NCBI GenBank assembly: GCA_965645245.1 | Contig: OZ287078.1 | Span: 1,426,001-1,490,000 of the forward strand | Direction of reading: 5' to 3' | DNA: 64,000 nt | Origin: Massalongia carnosa | Taxonomy: Eukaryota | Part shown: positions 1-12,950 of the stretch, in pieces | Numbering within the stretch: the first letter of the stretch is position 1 | Layout of the letters: each line of letters starts with the position of its first letter | Made by a program: the position numbers and the translations under genes | The notes under the pieces: generated by a model | Seen by the model: only the letters and a program-made list of their open reading frames with translations | What the model was told of the DNA's origin: nothing | The model's database searches: none

Positions 1-2180
1 GGTGGTGTTCTGTTGATTGGATTCACTACATTCAGGGACTTGGTAAACAACAACGCAAAGAAGACCGGATTGAAGCCTCTGAGTAACAAGCAGCATGAGA
101 TGGTTGAAAATGCTCTGCTTAATCGGCCAAACATTATTGTCGCCGATGAAGCGCATAACGCCAAAACCGCCTCCTCCGCAATTAATAAAGCTATCAACCG
201 CCTCAAATCTATGAACCGCATCGCTCTAACAGGTTCTCCTTTATCGAATAATCTAGATGAATACTATTCTTTGATCGACTGGATCGCTCCTAATTTTCTG
301 GGTTCACAGGTTGAGTTTAAGGCAAATTACTCTGAACGAATTCAAGAGGGGTTGTACCAGGACAGCACGACATCCCAATACCGCGAAAGCTTGAAGTGGT
401 TGGAAGTCTTGAAAACAGAGCTGCAGCCAAAAGTTCATCGTGCTGATATCACTGTGTTGCGGGGGAGGTTGAAAGAGAAGCAGGAATTTGTCATAAGAGT
501 TCCCCTCACCGATTTGCAAGAGCAGACCTACAAGATATTTGTTGAAACCATGATGGTTGCAAACTCCGCAAATAAGATAGGATTTGCCAAGTTGTGGGCT
601 TGGCTGAATACCCTTCGGCTTCTTTGTAACCATCCTAGATGCTTCCAAGACAAGCTTCTGAAAAAGGATCATGGAGGAGAAGAAGAGGGGCGAACGAAGA
701 AAAGCAACGATGACAACGATGCGCTAGCTGAGGCTCTAGCTGAGGCACCAGTCTCGGAGATAGGAATCTCCCAGAGTATGGCTGAGAGACAATTAGCACC
801 ATTTAGCGGTCTGACAGAGCCTCGTGACTCGATATCACTTTCCAACAAGATTCTGGTTCTGATGGAGATTGTACAGTTCTCAAGAGAAATTCGGGATAAA
901 CTCCTTATCTTCTCACATACTCTCGATACGCTTAATTACGTCGAAGAGCAGATGAAAAAGGCTCATGTAAGATACTCACGGATTGACGGGATGGTTCAGC
1001 CGACCGACCGTCAACAGATCACTAAGGAATTCAACAGCAGCAACGTAGAGGTTTGCTTGATATCCACGCGTGCAGGTGGCCAAGGGCTGAATCTTTTTGG
1101 AGCGAATCGCGTTGTAATCTTAGATGATCACTTCAATCCAATGTGGGAGGAACAGGCCGTTGGCAGGGCATATCGTATTGGGCAAACGAAATCTGTCTTC
1201 GTCTACTACCTGATGGTTGCAGGGACGTTTGAGGAAACGATCCATAATCAGTCCGTGTTTAAGCAACAGCTCGCACGTAGGGTTGTCGACAAGAAGAATC
1301 CGGCTCGTCGTGCTGTGAAGAAAGCTGGGGAGTTTTTATTTATCCCTAAGACAGTGAGGCAGAAGGATTTGCAGGCGTTCTATGGAAAAGATCCTCTGGT
1401 TCTCGATAGAATCCTAGATATGCACAAGGAGTACGTATGCCCTAACTTGCCAGAACGACAGTAACCAATATTCGTAGACATCCCATCATCCGATCCATGG
1501 ATTTTACCGAAACCTTTCATCAAGAGGATACCATGCCGCTTACCGCGGATGAGAGAAGGGAGGCGGAGCAGCTACAAAAAGATGAACAGCTTCGTCGGTG
1601 CGATCCAGTCGCCTACGCCATCATGATCAATAAGCGGCGAGATGATCAGGTGAAGTCAATCAATGCAGCAATCTCGTCAGGGCAAGGCTTTCCTCCCATT
1701 GATCCCAACGAGCTCAATCAGGGGGCCTTGCTATCCACGCTTGGAGCAAGTACAACAACTCTCTCTGTGGCAAGTTTTTCCACGGTACCCAATGAGCCAA
1801 ATCAGGCAGATCTGCAGCCAATTCTCGGCGCAAGTACCACTGTGCTCTCTCGTGACTCCGCATCCCCAGAAAGGCAGGATGATCCTAGATCCTTAAGATT
1901 CGAACGCGAGCGGGCGACCAGGAATACTGCGGATTCTTTAGCGACCTCGGCGCTACAGCAGGCACTGTTATCGCCCGATGGTCCAAATGCTGCGAATCAG
2001 TCCCCGAAGATACAAGACGATCTTGGCACATCGAAGCTACCAAGGAGTCAAGCGGGAGCGAAGTCGCCAAACTCCGTTTCGGAATCTACACCAAACCTGA
2101 AAGCCTTCCCTCAGCTCCAGAACATACTTGACCGCGAAGCTGTTAGGATGTCAAAAGAGAGACGCAATCTCGTTGAATAA
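1..2180 (+). CDS. SNF2-family (ATRX/Rad54-like) helicase/ATPase, 5'-partial
   Basis: Frame open from base 1. Motifs DEAH, LTGSPLSNNL, STRAGGQGLNL and QAVGRAYRIGQ. A GTACGT..TAG intron at 1431-1477 joins ORF 13..1464 in frame to ORF 1497..2180. Confidence 0.9.
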
Positions 2181-2705
2181 AGTCTGCCCATAAAGTTTCA
2201 GTTCTTGCTTGTATTTTCAGGTCATCAAAGAACGCGCCCATTGCAATGGTCAGCAAAGAAGCGCGCTGACATTGTAGCTACGGAAGCAGGTAACGTATGG
2301 AGAGGTATTTTTGGTTAATCTGGGAGCTGATTGATACCCCCGATGCGGAAGCACGTGCGTTTTTTCTTCCTCGGCGATTTGTTCAGTTGTGGCTGCTGGA
2401 AAGGCATTGGTTAGCTCCTAATACATAGCATTTTTTGCTGTACAATGTTATTCATAGAAGAGGATAGAGAGAACTTCAAAACAAATCCTCAATTTAAATG
2501 TTGAGCTAGGTACCTAACCCATTGAAGACACCATGCCCCTGCACGTCCGTGCTAAGGCTTGGACTAGCGCCCGCCTCCCCACAAAGTACGCTTAGATAAG
2601 ATCTCGGATAAGGTAGGTAATGGTAAATCATTGACTTCGTTACAGCATTTGGTATCAATCTTTCATCTTCGTCACCCATTGGATAGCCTAAAAGAAAGGA
2701 CAGCA

Positions 2706-5700
2706 ATGGCTCAGCTTGAGCGATGGGCTAAGCGTCTCGAAAATCTTACTGTATCTCCCCTGACCCGTAAGAGCATGGAGTGTTTCATAACACCTCGTTC
2801 GTGCTGACGAAAATTCCAGGCGACTATCCTGAGCCCTCCCGCTCAGCTTCAGAATCCACTCGACGACCAATTGAAGCCTGCACTGCCCTTGAACTCTCAT
2901 CGGACGTGCAAAGTGCACTCGAGAAGCTCAGAAAGTGTGGAGAGAAGCAGTTTTCTAGCTTCAGTGTTTTTCTTTCTGCTCTAGTTATCCTAGTTAGCAG
3001 ATTGACTGGGGATGAAAACATTACCGTGGGTATAGACGGGAGTAATGGGGTGCCTTCTATTCTGCGAACTGCTGTGGACTTGAATGAGCCTTTTGGAAAG
3101 CTGTTGCCAAGAGTGAACGAGGTTCGGAACCACTAAATGTTAGGTAGAAGATCATGGTTAACGCAATGCAGCTTTACTTGGATTTTATGGCCGATAAGGT
3201 ACCATTGGAGGACTTACTGGAATGTATGAAGCAGTCAAGCTTTTACCGATTTGCACTTTTTCATGAACCTGTTGGCTTTTCTCAGAGGCCACTACTCAAG
3301 GGTGCTAATACCACAGATCTAACATTATTTCTATCCATTGATGATACTAAGTTTAGTTCACAAAAACTCAACGGGATCATCAAGACAACTCATATCAGGC
3401 CGCCAGAAATAAGAGCCATCTATAACCAAAGATTATTCTCATCGGCTCGAATATACACGATACTTACACAACTTGTACAAATAATTCAAAATGCGTCCTT
3501 ACGTATCCAGGAATCTATCGGCAAAATAGATCTTCTGACGCACTGGCAACGCAAGGTTCTGCCTGATCCGATGAAGGATCTGCATTGGTAACATCAATTG
3601 AGTCAGAAATTTCCGAGCCTCGTAAATCTGACTTTCTTTACAGGTCCAATTTTCGAGGCGCCATTCATGATATATTGTAAGTGAACTTAGGTTCCTACAA
3701 ACTGCGTTAAGCTAACTCCACAGTACTTCAAATGCTGAAAAACATCCAGAACGCTTATGCGTTGTGGAGACAGCGTCCCGCTCATCTGCACAGCGAGAGT
3801 TCACCTACAAGCAAATAAACGAAGCTTCTAATATACTAGGTCATCATCTCGTGCAATCGGGAATTAAACGAGGAGAAGTCATAATGATATACGCCTACAG
3901 AGGGGTAGATCTGGTAATCGCCGTTCTGGGCGTACTGAAAGCTGGCGCAGCTTTTTCCGTCATCGATCCATTATATCCTGCTGATCGGCAGATTACCTAC
4001 TTGAAGGTTGCTCAACCGCGGGCATTGATCAACCTGGAAAAAGCTACTCAGGATGCTGGGGAATTATCAGATAACGTGAGGTCTTTCATTAAAGACACAT
4101 TAGATTTGAGGACGGAAGTTCCTTCCCTTGCCATACGAGATAGCGGTTGCCTCCTGGGTGGGCATGTTAATGGAAAGGATGTGTTCGAGCCACAGAAACC
4201 TTTTAAAACTAAGCCTCCCGGTATTATCATTGGACCTGACGATGCCCCAACGCTGAGTGTGTATAGGTTAATTTTTTCCGCATGGTATATCACTGAGCTG
4301 AATGGTGTCTAGGTTTCACTTCAGGATCAGAAGGCAATCCCAAAGGCGTACGTGGTAAGATTTGTTTCTTGAATATTTATTCTTCAGAAGTCTGACCCTT
4401 CGTTTCTTACCAATGGCTGACATGAAGTTAAATATAGGTAGGCATTTTTCGCTGGCCTACTATTTCCCATGGATGGCGCAGCGGTAGGATTTGGTCTAAT
4501 GGCTGCATATTATTCATTTACTTACCTTCACCAGGTTTAATCTCGGAAAGAATGATCGCATCACTATGTTATCGGGTATAGCTCAGTAAGTTGATGTATT
4601 TGAGTTTGATAATGCCCCTTGAATGTCCTGACCACCCTTGAATGTCCTGACCACCCAAGTCTAGCGACCCTATTCAGCGCGATATTTTCACACCACTTTT
4701 CCTTGGTGCCCAGCTTTTAGTTCCGTCGAAAGAAGACATCCAGAACGAGAAGCTTGCTGAATGGATGCAAAATTACGGTGCTACGGTGACACATCTTACA
4801 CCTGCCATGGGTCAAATCCTTGTTGGAAACGCCACTGCCGAGTTCTCCAAGCTCCACCATGCGTTTTTTGTCGGCGATATATTGATCAAACGTGATTGCA
4901 AGTCGTTACAAAGACTTGCTCCAAATGTAAGAATAGTGAATATGTATGGTACGACCGAAACGCAGCGAGCTGTCAGCTACTACGAGATTCCGAGCTTCAA
5001 CGATGACCCTGGTTTCCTGGAGAATTTGAAGGATGTTATACCGGCTGGTAAGGGCATGTCGGAAGACGTGCAGCTATTAGTGGTGAATCGAACGGACCCA
5101 AGCAAACTTTGCGGTATTGGCGAAGTGGGCGAGATTTATGTACGAGCTGGCGGATTGGCGGAAGGCTATCTCGGGCAACTAGAGCTTACTGAGCAAAAGT
5201 TTAAGAAGAACTGGTTTTTGGATCCTCAAAAGTGGGTAGACAAGGATAACGAGAAGGAAGTCTGTGGAGAACAAGAGTCGTGGAGGCAATACTACCAAGG
5301 ACCACGAGACAGACTCTATCGCTCTGGAGATCTTGGCCGATACACCCCAACTGGAGGTACGTTGGGTATTGCCTTAACGATTGATCATTTCTGACATCTC
5401 ATTACTTAGAAGTTGAATGTTCTGGTAGAGCAGATGATCAGGTGAAGATACGCGGCTTTCGAGTCGAACTTGGTGAAATCGATACACACCTAAGCAAACA
5501 TCCTCTTATTCGAGAAAATGTGACCTTGGTTCGTCGAGATAAAGATGAGGAAAAGTCGTTGATTAGCTATATCGTTCCCGAGATGAAAGCATGGTCATCC
5601 TGGCTGAAGAAGCGTGGACTGGAGGATGAATTAGAAACAGAAGGCATGACCAGTCTTTTAAAACGTTTTCGCCCACTGAGAGATGATGCTAGGGAGTATC

Positions 5701-8054
5701 TTAAAACAAAGCTACCTGCATACTCCATACCTTCTACAATCATCCCCCTAAGAAAGATGCCTCTTAATCCCAATGGCAAAATTGACAAACCTGCGCTACC
5801 CTTTCCCGATGTGTCGGAGCTTTCCGCAGCTGCACTAAAAAATGCTTCAACGCCATCATCAGCCATGTCAAAAACGGAGAAGAGCTTAACGTTGATCTGG
5901 GCCAGCTTGCTTCGTATCGATGCAGAGACGATCGGTATCGACGACTCATTCTTTGACCTTGGTGGGGACAGCATCAAAGGGAACCGGATGGTTTTCGAAG
6001 TTAGAAAAACCTGGCGTGTTGAAATCAGCATGAATGTTATCTTTCGCAGCCCAACATTGAAAGACTTTGCAACGTCGATAGATAGATTACGGGATCCAGA
6101 CGCGTTTGAACCTGGAATAGATAGCCAAGTTGCGACCAATGATGCGCAGAACGACTCCACACAGCCCGACGAAGATTACGCAGCGGATGCATTAAAACTT
6201 ACAGATAGTCTTTCCAATAACTTCCCTTCCGCGATGGCGCTGGATTTGTCGCGACCGGCAACAGTTTTTTTAACTGGTGCAACTGGATTCCTGGGGGCAT
6301 ACATCATACGCGATCTACTGTCCAGAAAATTACCATTGAATCTAGTGGCTCATGTGCGAGGGAAAACCCAAGAGGCTGCAATGTTAAGGGTTCAAGAGAC
6401 ATGCAAGGTAGGTCATTTAGCTTTTAGTTTTATATATACTGACAACGCGTGCTCCAGGCGTATGGAGTCTGGGATCCAATATGGTCTCAACGAATTCGAT
6501 GCGTGACTGGCAACCTGGGAGACCCAAAACTGGGGCTTTCGGAGAGTGTCTGGGATGAGCTGAGCAAATCTGTTGATATTGTTATTCATAACGGCGCGCT
6601 TGTTCATTGGGTGTATGTTGCCTGAGTTATCCGGATTCCTTCATTGACCCTTCTTAGATACCCATATTCGAAACTAAAAGCCCCAAATGTTCAAGGGACC
6701 ATCGACGCTTTAAAGCTATGCGCCCACGATCGTCCAAAGACTTTTGTTTTTGTTAGCTCCACATCTGTGCTCGATAACGAGCACTACGTACAACTTTCGG
6801 ACCAACTCTGCGGCGAGGGCAAAGCTGGTATTCCTGAAAGCGATGACTTGCAAGGTAGCAGCTCTGGTCTTGGTGAGTTGCTCTAGAACTTGGTGCTGTG
6901 ATTATCCTTAATACGGAATAGACATTGGGTATGGACAGGTCAAATGGGTTAGCGAATATCTCACCAGAGAAGCAGGTCGAAGAGGCCTTCGCGGGGCTAT
7001 TGTCAGGTATTCTTGGATGAACCTCTAAAATCGAATTGCCGCTCACTGACATATTAAGGCCCGGCTACATAAGTGGAGACTCTCGAACAGGAGGTTAGTA
7101 TCCCTATTTCCTAATCAACCACCAAGATCAACCCTCTGAACTGCTCCAACAGTAACCAACACCGACGACTTCTTAATTCGAATGCTCAAAGGTAACACTT
7201 GGGCCTTTCCAAGCTCCTCCCTGTGTACCCCGTGGTCCCTCTTGATTAATTTGAATCACCATACAGGTTGTATCCAACTGTCCGCTCACCCCGACATTAA
7301 CAATACTATCAACATGTGTCCGGTTGATCACGTTGCCCGCCTTGTCGTCGCCGCTGCATTACATCCAATGTCCACGCTGAACGTAATGCAATGCACAAGC
7401 CACCCTCGCCTTAGATTTAATGAGTATCTTGGCATGCTGCAGACGTGTGGGTATGATGTAGCAAAGGTATTCCCATGTCCCTGCTCTCATTTCCATTGAG
7501 CTCACCCAGCTCTACAACCTCATCTACCAAAAACTGGCGGTTTAGGAAGCTAAATCCCTAATAGGTTGATTACATCCCTTGGCGTGCCTCCCTGGAGCGC
7601 TACGTCGCTCAGAATACCCAAACTTCAGCAAGCCAGCATGCTCTGTAGGTCTTTTCATTCTCTCCCCCCAATTCACTTTCCCCGCTTTCTTCCTTTACTT
7701 TACCAGGACTAACTAACATACACCTCTATTCAAAGCCTCCCACTGTACCACTTCGTCACTGCCGACCTTCCCTCTAGCACCAAATCCCCTGAACTCGACG
7801 ATCTCAACGCCCTCGCTGCCCTCCGGGCCGATGCTGATCATAACTCTTCATCCGACTCTGCCGCAAGCCCCCCTGAGAGTAGTAGCGGGGTTGATTTGAC
7901 CATCATGGGGAAATATCTTGGGTATCTAATTGCAGTGGGGTTCCTACCTCCACCCGCGTCTGTCGACGGCGAAGGGGAAATCGAAAAGGTGATGCTAAAA
8001 GAGGGGCAAAAAGAAGCGCTGAGCCGGGTCGGGGGTCGAGGCGGCATAATCTGA
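2706..8054 (+). CDS. LYS2: L-aminoadipate-semialdehyde dehydrogenase (alpha-aminoadipate reductase, A-T-R domains); at least 15 introns
   Basis: Starts [26 protein letters not shown]-domain motifs [57 protein letters not shown]. Carrier domain FFDLGGDSI. Reductase [10 protein letters not shown] and GYGQxKW. Ends VGGRGGII*. Confidence 0.95.
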
Positions 8055-11000
8055 CTCGGCGAAAATCTGATGGATTCAGTGGGTTTTGGAGAGTGGGCAT
8101 ATATATTTACAGATGGCAAGTGGAATACAGCTACCCTTTGAGGGTTTCTAAACAAAAAAGGGAAAAGGGAATTTATGCAGAAAAATTTGGCAAGTAAAAG
8201 ACTAGACTAGACTAGGATTGATAAATGGATAGATACCTAGAAACGTGGATAAAGAGTAAGGATCCAGCCCAGAACATACTATAGACCTGTCTACGAAGTG
8301 GGAATGAATGAGTTTTATTCGCCAAGGAATAGATTGGCTGATAGATCTGATAAAGTGAGGGGTGAACCCGTAACGGGACGTTATCGTGTGTCCATTTGCT
8401 GTAGCCAAGAGAGTAAGTAAGATTATAGGGGCGGTTTTGTGGAAAAGGGGGGTTTTAAATGGCCTTTATGGAAGGATGGAGAAGGGACTCTCATTTGAGG
8501 GGTTCGTTCATTCTCTGTTCATTAGGCGTTACTGCGTAACACCATACTTGTCACTACGTGGCCAGAGAACCGACGAGAGATAAAGATGAATGGGTAATAA
8601 CCAGACATGCATGGTTTTCTGTATGTCGACTAATCTAAACTACTCTAGAAATAGAAACCAATGGAGAAAAGGTTGGGTCCGGGTAGTTCTCATTGAGGCG
8701 TTGCTAGTTTAGGGCTTCGAGGGTGAGAAAACTGTACGCATAACCGGTCCAGTTCGAGATCACGCTGGCGAGGACCCAGGAGCCGGAGGCAAAGTAGCCT
8801 GAGCCGGATGGCCTTAGGCTCTCGAGATTATTGTCATACATGTACCAAAATCTTCTTAACCTCTCCTCTAGGGCAGAAAGGGATTCGCAGCTGATTGTGT
8901 CTAAGTCTCGACTGGTGGCATGGGTTTTGCCTTCGATTGGGCTTTCGGATCGGAGCTTTATCTCGGAAGGTAGAGCGTTGCTTAAGTTGGGGCTGGAATC
9001 TACAAAGTGAGAAAAGAATAGTAAGAACCGAATCTGTGGAGGAATTTTAGAGGTGCGTTCAGGATTGAGAATGTCAATACGTACTCTTCATGCTTGCTTC
9101 AAATGCCCTCAGGTCTTGTACGTGTAGGAAAACAATCGTTCTGAGTATACACTACTCTAATAATGACATGATGCTAGAATGGAGTAAAAAAGTTGTATCC
9201 GATAACTCAACTACTATGCGTTGCTCACTTATGTTTCAATTATCAGAGAGCATACTCTTCGTGACTTTTCTCCGAAACAGTTAGGTAGGCGGTCATGGTA
9301 GATTGAATAGATTGAAAGAGAGAAAGTTGCGCAATGCGGCTGATACTTGATGCAGAAATCTCTTCGTAGCATCTACTCTTACAGTGTACAGAGTACTCTC
9401 CAACAGTATCTAGCTCTCTTGTTTCGTCCATTCTCCGAATGGTTATGTAAGGATCAATGCTGAATGGAAGGTGAAGGCAGGATTTAGACAATGGAGCAAG
9501 TATAGCTCTTTTTCGAAAGACTCTGCAATGGAATGACTCTCATCGCATACAGGGAAAGGTATTCAAAAAAGACGCAATGCTCAAGCTAACAACATGGCAT
9601 GCAAAACGAGGCTGTTTAGACCTATCAGAAGCCTTAATCAGCGTCATCCTGTTTGTACTAGAGTAAGGATCACATCTAGAATTTTTCGAAGAGCCACCTT
9701 ACTTTCAGAATGGTTGTTCTCCTTGGCCATCATTGCACGGGTGGCAGGACAATTGCCACTTCCGCCGCCAGAGCACTCGGCCTCTACCTCAATCGTAGCG
9801 TTGACGGACGGATTCGCCGTGACAAGATATCAAAACTACCACAGTTGCTGGCGCATTGGAAAAACGGGAATATTGGCATTGATATCAAATATTCCCGCTA
9901 AACCTTCATGCTGGAATCCGACTGCTAGACTGGCTCACCATTCAGTGTCTTTTTGGTAGTTCACGCTAGTCTTGGTGGGACCCGGTTGCGAGATAAAAGG
10001 TATCCGCGCATATGATCGATCGAGTATATGATTTTAAGCCATGGATAAGGATTTCATCAACAGTTCTGAACGCGGCCTGCCCTCAAATCATGACTACCAA
10101 TGTTCATGAATGTTCAAGTACACTTGAACTAATTTTACTATCACTCCATGACCCCAAGGAGTTGCCGATAAATACCTGCGTCGCTCTTGTTACGGTATCG
10201 TTGTGTAGCTATTTGTGGTTATGGAGTGAGACTCGTGATATTCTCTTCAAAAAGCTTACTTAACAGATAATGCGCTTGAAGGCAGCAACGGATATAGGTT
10301 GACAAAGCTATCACCGGCTCCTTCTTTGTCCGTCTTTATCCGGAGAAGGTAAATGTTTGCTCTATTGGAAGTCCTAGGCCATTTTCGAATTCCCTCCAGC
10401 GCCATTAGATTCTGTTTCGAATATCTATTCGGGCGATTTAGATCGCTATCACCGACAACAAGATGTTTCTAGAAGGTGGTTTAGGATCAAGGTGTCTCCC
10501 CACAATGGAAGGTGCGCTATGAAAAATTGTTTCTTCTCCTCACCTCGTCATTTGACTAGTCAACTCCTATATAAGAGTGGACTCATCCATATATATCTCA
10601 AACATTGGGGGTTTGTGTGCTAAAAACACAAACGCCGATCTCCCTTCGATTTGGCCTGAGATGAAATGGTCGATTCTGTTGTATGCTTCTCTACAAAATA
10701 GATCATATATCAAAGCATGTTGGTTTAGATGTCATCCAAATGACCAAAATAATGGTGTGAGAGACATCTGCCTTTTATCAGCATGTCTCAAAACCCATCC
10801 GTTCGAGGTCAGACCTACGACTACAATTAGTATTTGATACTAGCTTTTCTTGGAATCATAGGCGGAACAATCGCCCAATGATGGTCAGATTATAGTGGTA
10901 AGCCTTTTCGAAGGCAGAGAGATTAAATCGGTACTTCTAGCTGTGAACCTTCTAGTTGGCCTCGAGGAAAGGTGCGGTGGGTGAACCGAAGGACAAAAAG

Positions 11001-11083
11001 CTTTATTGCTTCAGTTTTCCTCTGGTATAATTATTTAGTTTTATGGGTAATAGAAATACGCTTCTACTCTCCGAGACTGTAAG

Positions 11084-12094
11084 ATGAGGGCTTCGCTTCT
11101 TTTGCTTCTCTCCACTGCTTTGAAGCTTTCGGATGCTCAAGTTTAAATATGCTATTATTTCGATGGCCGTCCATCTCCAGACTATCCGTGCGACCCTAAT
11201 GCAGGAGTGAGTGTTTCTCCAAAGGAACTTTGGGTTCTTCGATTTATATATTCCTCTTTAGGTTAGCGTATGTTGCAGAGCAGGTACTGCATGTGCTTCG
11301 AGCCTGTTCTGCAGTACTCATTTTCACATTATAGGGAGCTGTACAGACAAGAATTTTAGTGACAACGCATGCTCCTGGCCACTAAGTTTGTGGCTCTCCT
11401 TTCATCTAATATTCGGTGAAGCTAACCTCTGCATACTCAAGACTCAGGAAATCTTACGATTGACTATGATCACGTTAGTTATGCGCAAAACTTTACCATC
11501 TGTCATGACGGCACCGTCTGTCCAAATCCAAAAAATCAGACCTGCTGTGATGCGGGCCAAGGAAAGACTGAAATAACTTTTCACAATAACGCAATCATTC
11601 CAACTGCAGCGGCAGATATTGATTCTTACTATGTAGCTGGTGGATATAGCGTCCGAACCACATCTGGTGAAATAATATTTCGGCCTTCCACGACCGACTC
11701 CATCTTTCGTACTTTGACTCAACCGTCAGCAACCACATCCAGAGCAGCCTACACCTCTACTACGTTATTTCTATCATCTTTCTCCCAAAAATTCACAACT
11801 CTTACGACAGCCTCCTTAGCCCCAGCTCCAACGTTAGATAGCAACCCGTCTAAACCAAAGACCTCGACGAAATTTGAACCCGCTGTCGGAGTTTTGGCCG
11901 CGACCGTTCTCGTCGTTCCTGTCCTTGTCATTCTCTTTCGTCGTTGTCGAGCTTGCAGACATCGTATGAATCCACAAGCTGCGAATAAGCTGCCGGGAGA
12001 AGTGCATGGCGAACCAGCGGCGGCTGAAATGGAAGCCGCTGCCTTGAGTGAAATGCAGGGGGACTCGATTCCATGGGAGATGGAAGAGTATTAG
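11084..12094 (+). pseudogene. Cys-rich, Ser/Thr-rich single-pass membrane protein (Mid2-like surface sensor type) with an in-frame TAA at codon 21
   Basis: Signal peptide MRASLLLLLSTALKLSDAQV, then TAA (11144-11146), then ICYYFDGRPSPDYPCDP / VSVCCRAGTAC..LFC..IGSCTD / ..TCCDAGQG.., an S/T tract, TM AVGVLAATVLVVPVLVILF and a basic stop-transfer RRCR. Two introns (~11207-11261, ~11386-11441) keep the frame into ORF 11714..12094. Confidence 0.75.
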
Positions 12095-12338
12095 TGGTGC
12101 GCACTAAGAAGCCTAATTCGGCAGGAAGCTTTGTTTTCGACTCTTGAATTCGAATACAAAAGCATGTATTGCGTACCAATGCCTCTGACTTGGCGGGGAG
12201 TTAGAGGAAGCTCGGATTGGTTCAGAACGAATAAACACTGCTACATGGAGGGCAATTCTATGCTCCTATTTGTATAGAGTAGGAACTACAGAGATTTACA
12301 CCGAAAGTCTTGATAATCCAACTACTATCCTCTCGCTG

Positions 12339-12464
12339 ACCCCCCTTCCAGACTAACTAGATCAGGCTTGATAATTTCTATTGATAGTATCAAAACTCTA
12401 CAACATATTGTTAGTGACTCTTAAGCTAGTATTAAGCCTGATCTGGTTAGTCTGAAAGTGGGGT
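12339..12464. repeat. 126-bp element with 35-bp imperfect terminal inverted repeats (MITE-like)
   Basis: 12339-12373 (accccccttccagactaactagatcaggcttgata) matches the reverse complement of 12430-12464 at 31/35 positions. AT-rich spacer. No clear target-site duplication. Confidence 0.65.
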
Positions 12465-12707
12465 GCCATTTCACCAAAGCATTAATACTTTCCACATTTA
12501 TTTAATAATCACAACACTCGTTCTATTACTTATTAAATATAAAGTGAAAAACATATCTAATAAAAATTTTTCTAAGTGTTCAAATCGTTTGTTGTCAGTG
12601 AATACAATGATTGGAACAGCGTCGTGGTCATATAATCTCTTTGACGCTAGATTTTCTTTCAGTACTAGTGCTTTCAGTAGCGGACGAGGCTGTTCGTGAC
12701 TTTTAAC

Positions 12708-12822
12708 CCAATATGGCTTAGACCGACTGTCATGCTCGGGCTAGATTTTCTCTGGTCGGTCTCTTTGTCAGCATCAGCAACGTTTGATTGGATGGTGCGC
12801 ATTGATGGCAACAAACCCAATC
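12708..12822. promoter_or_regulatory. Three CCAAT boxes upstream of HEM1
   Basis: CCAAT at 12708, ATTGG at 12787 and CCAAT at 12817, 130-240 bp upstream of the ATG. Confidence 0.35.
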
Positions 12823-12950
12823 TATTATGCGGTGTAAGCATTACTCTGGACTTTCTGACAGCTGGTCTTTTATAGTCAATCTTTCTTTCTCTACCTTATC
12901 TATTGCATCCAAAGATTTCTCGTACCGAAATCGTAGTCACGAAGACAAAT

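Noticed and set aside
8200..10900. Short ORFs in the long intergenic region after LYS2
   Set aside because: No recognisable motifs or consistent splice pattern. A decayed gene cannot be excluded but is not supportable by eye.
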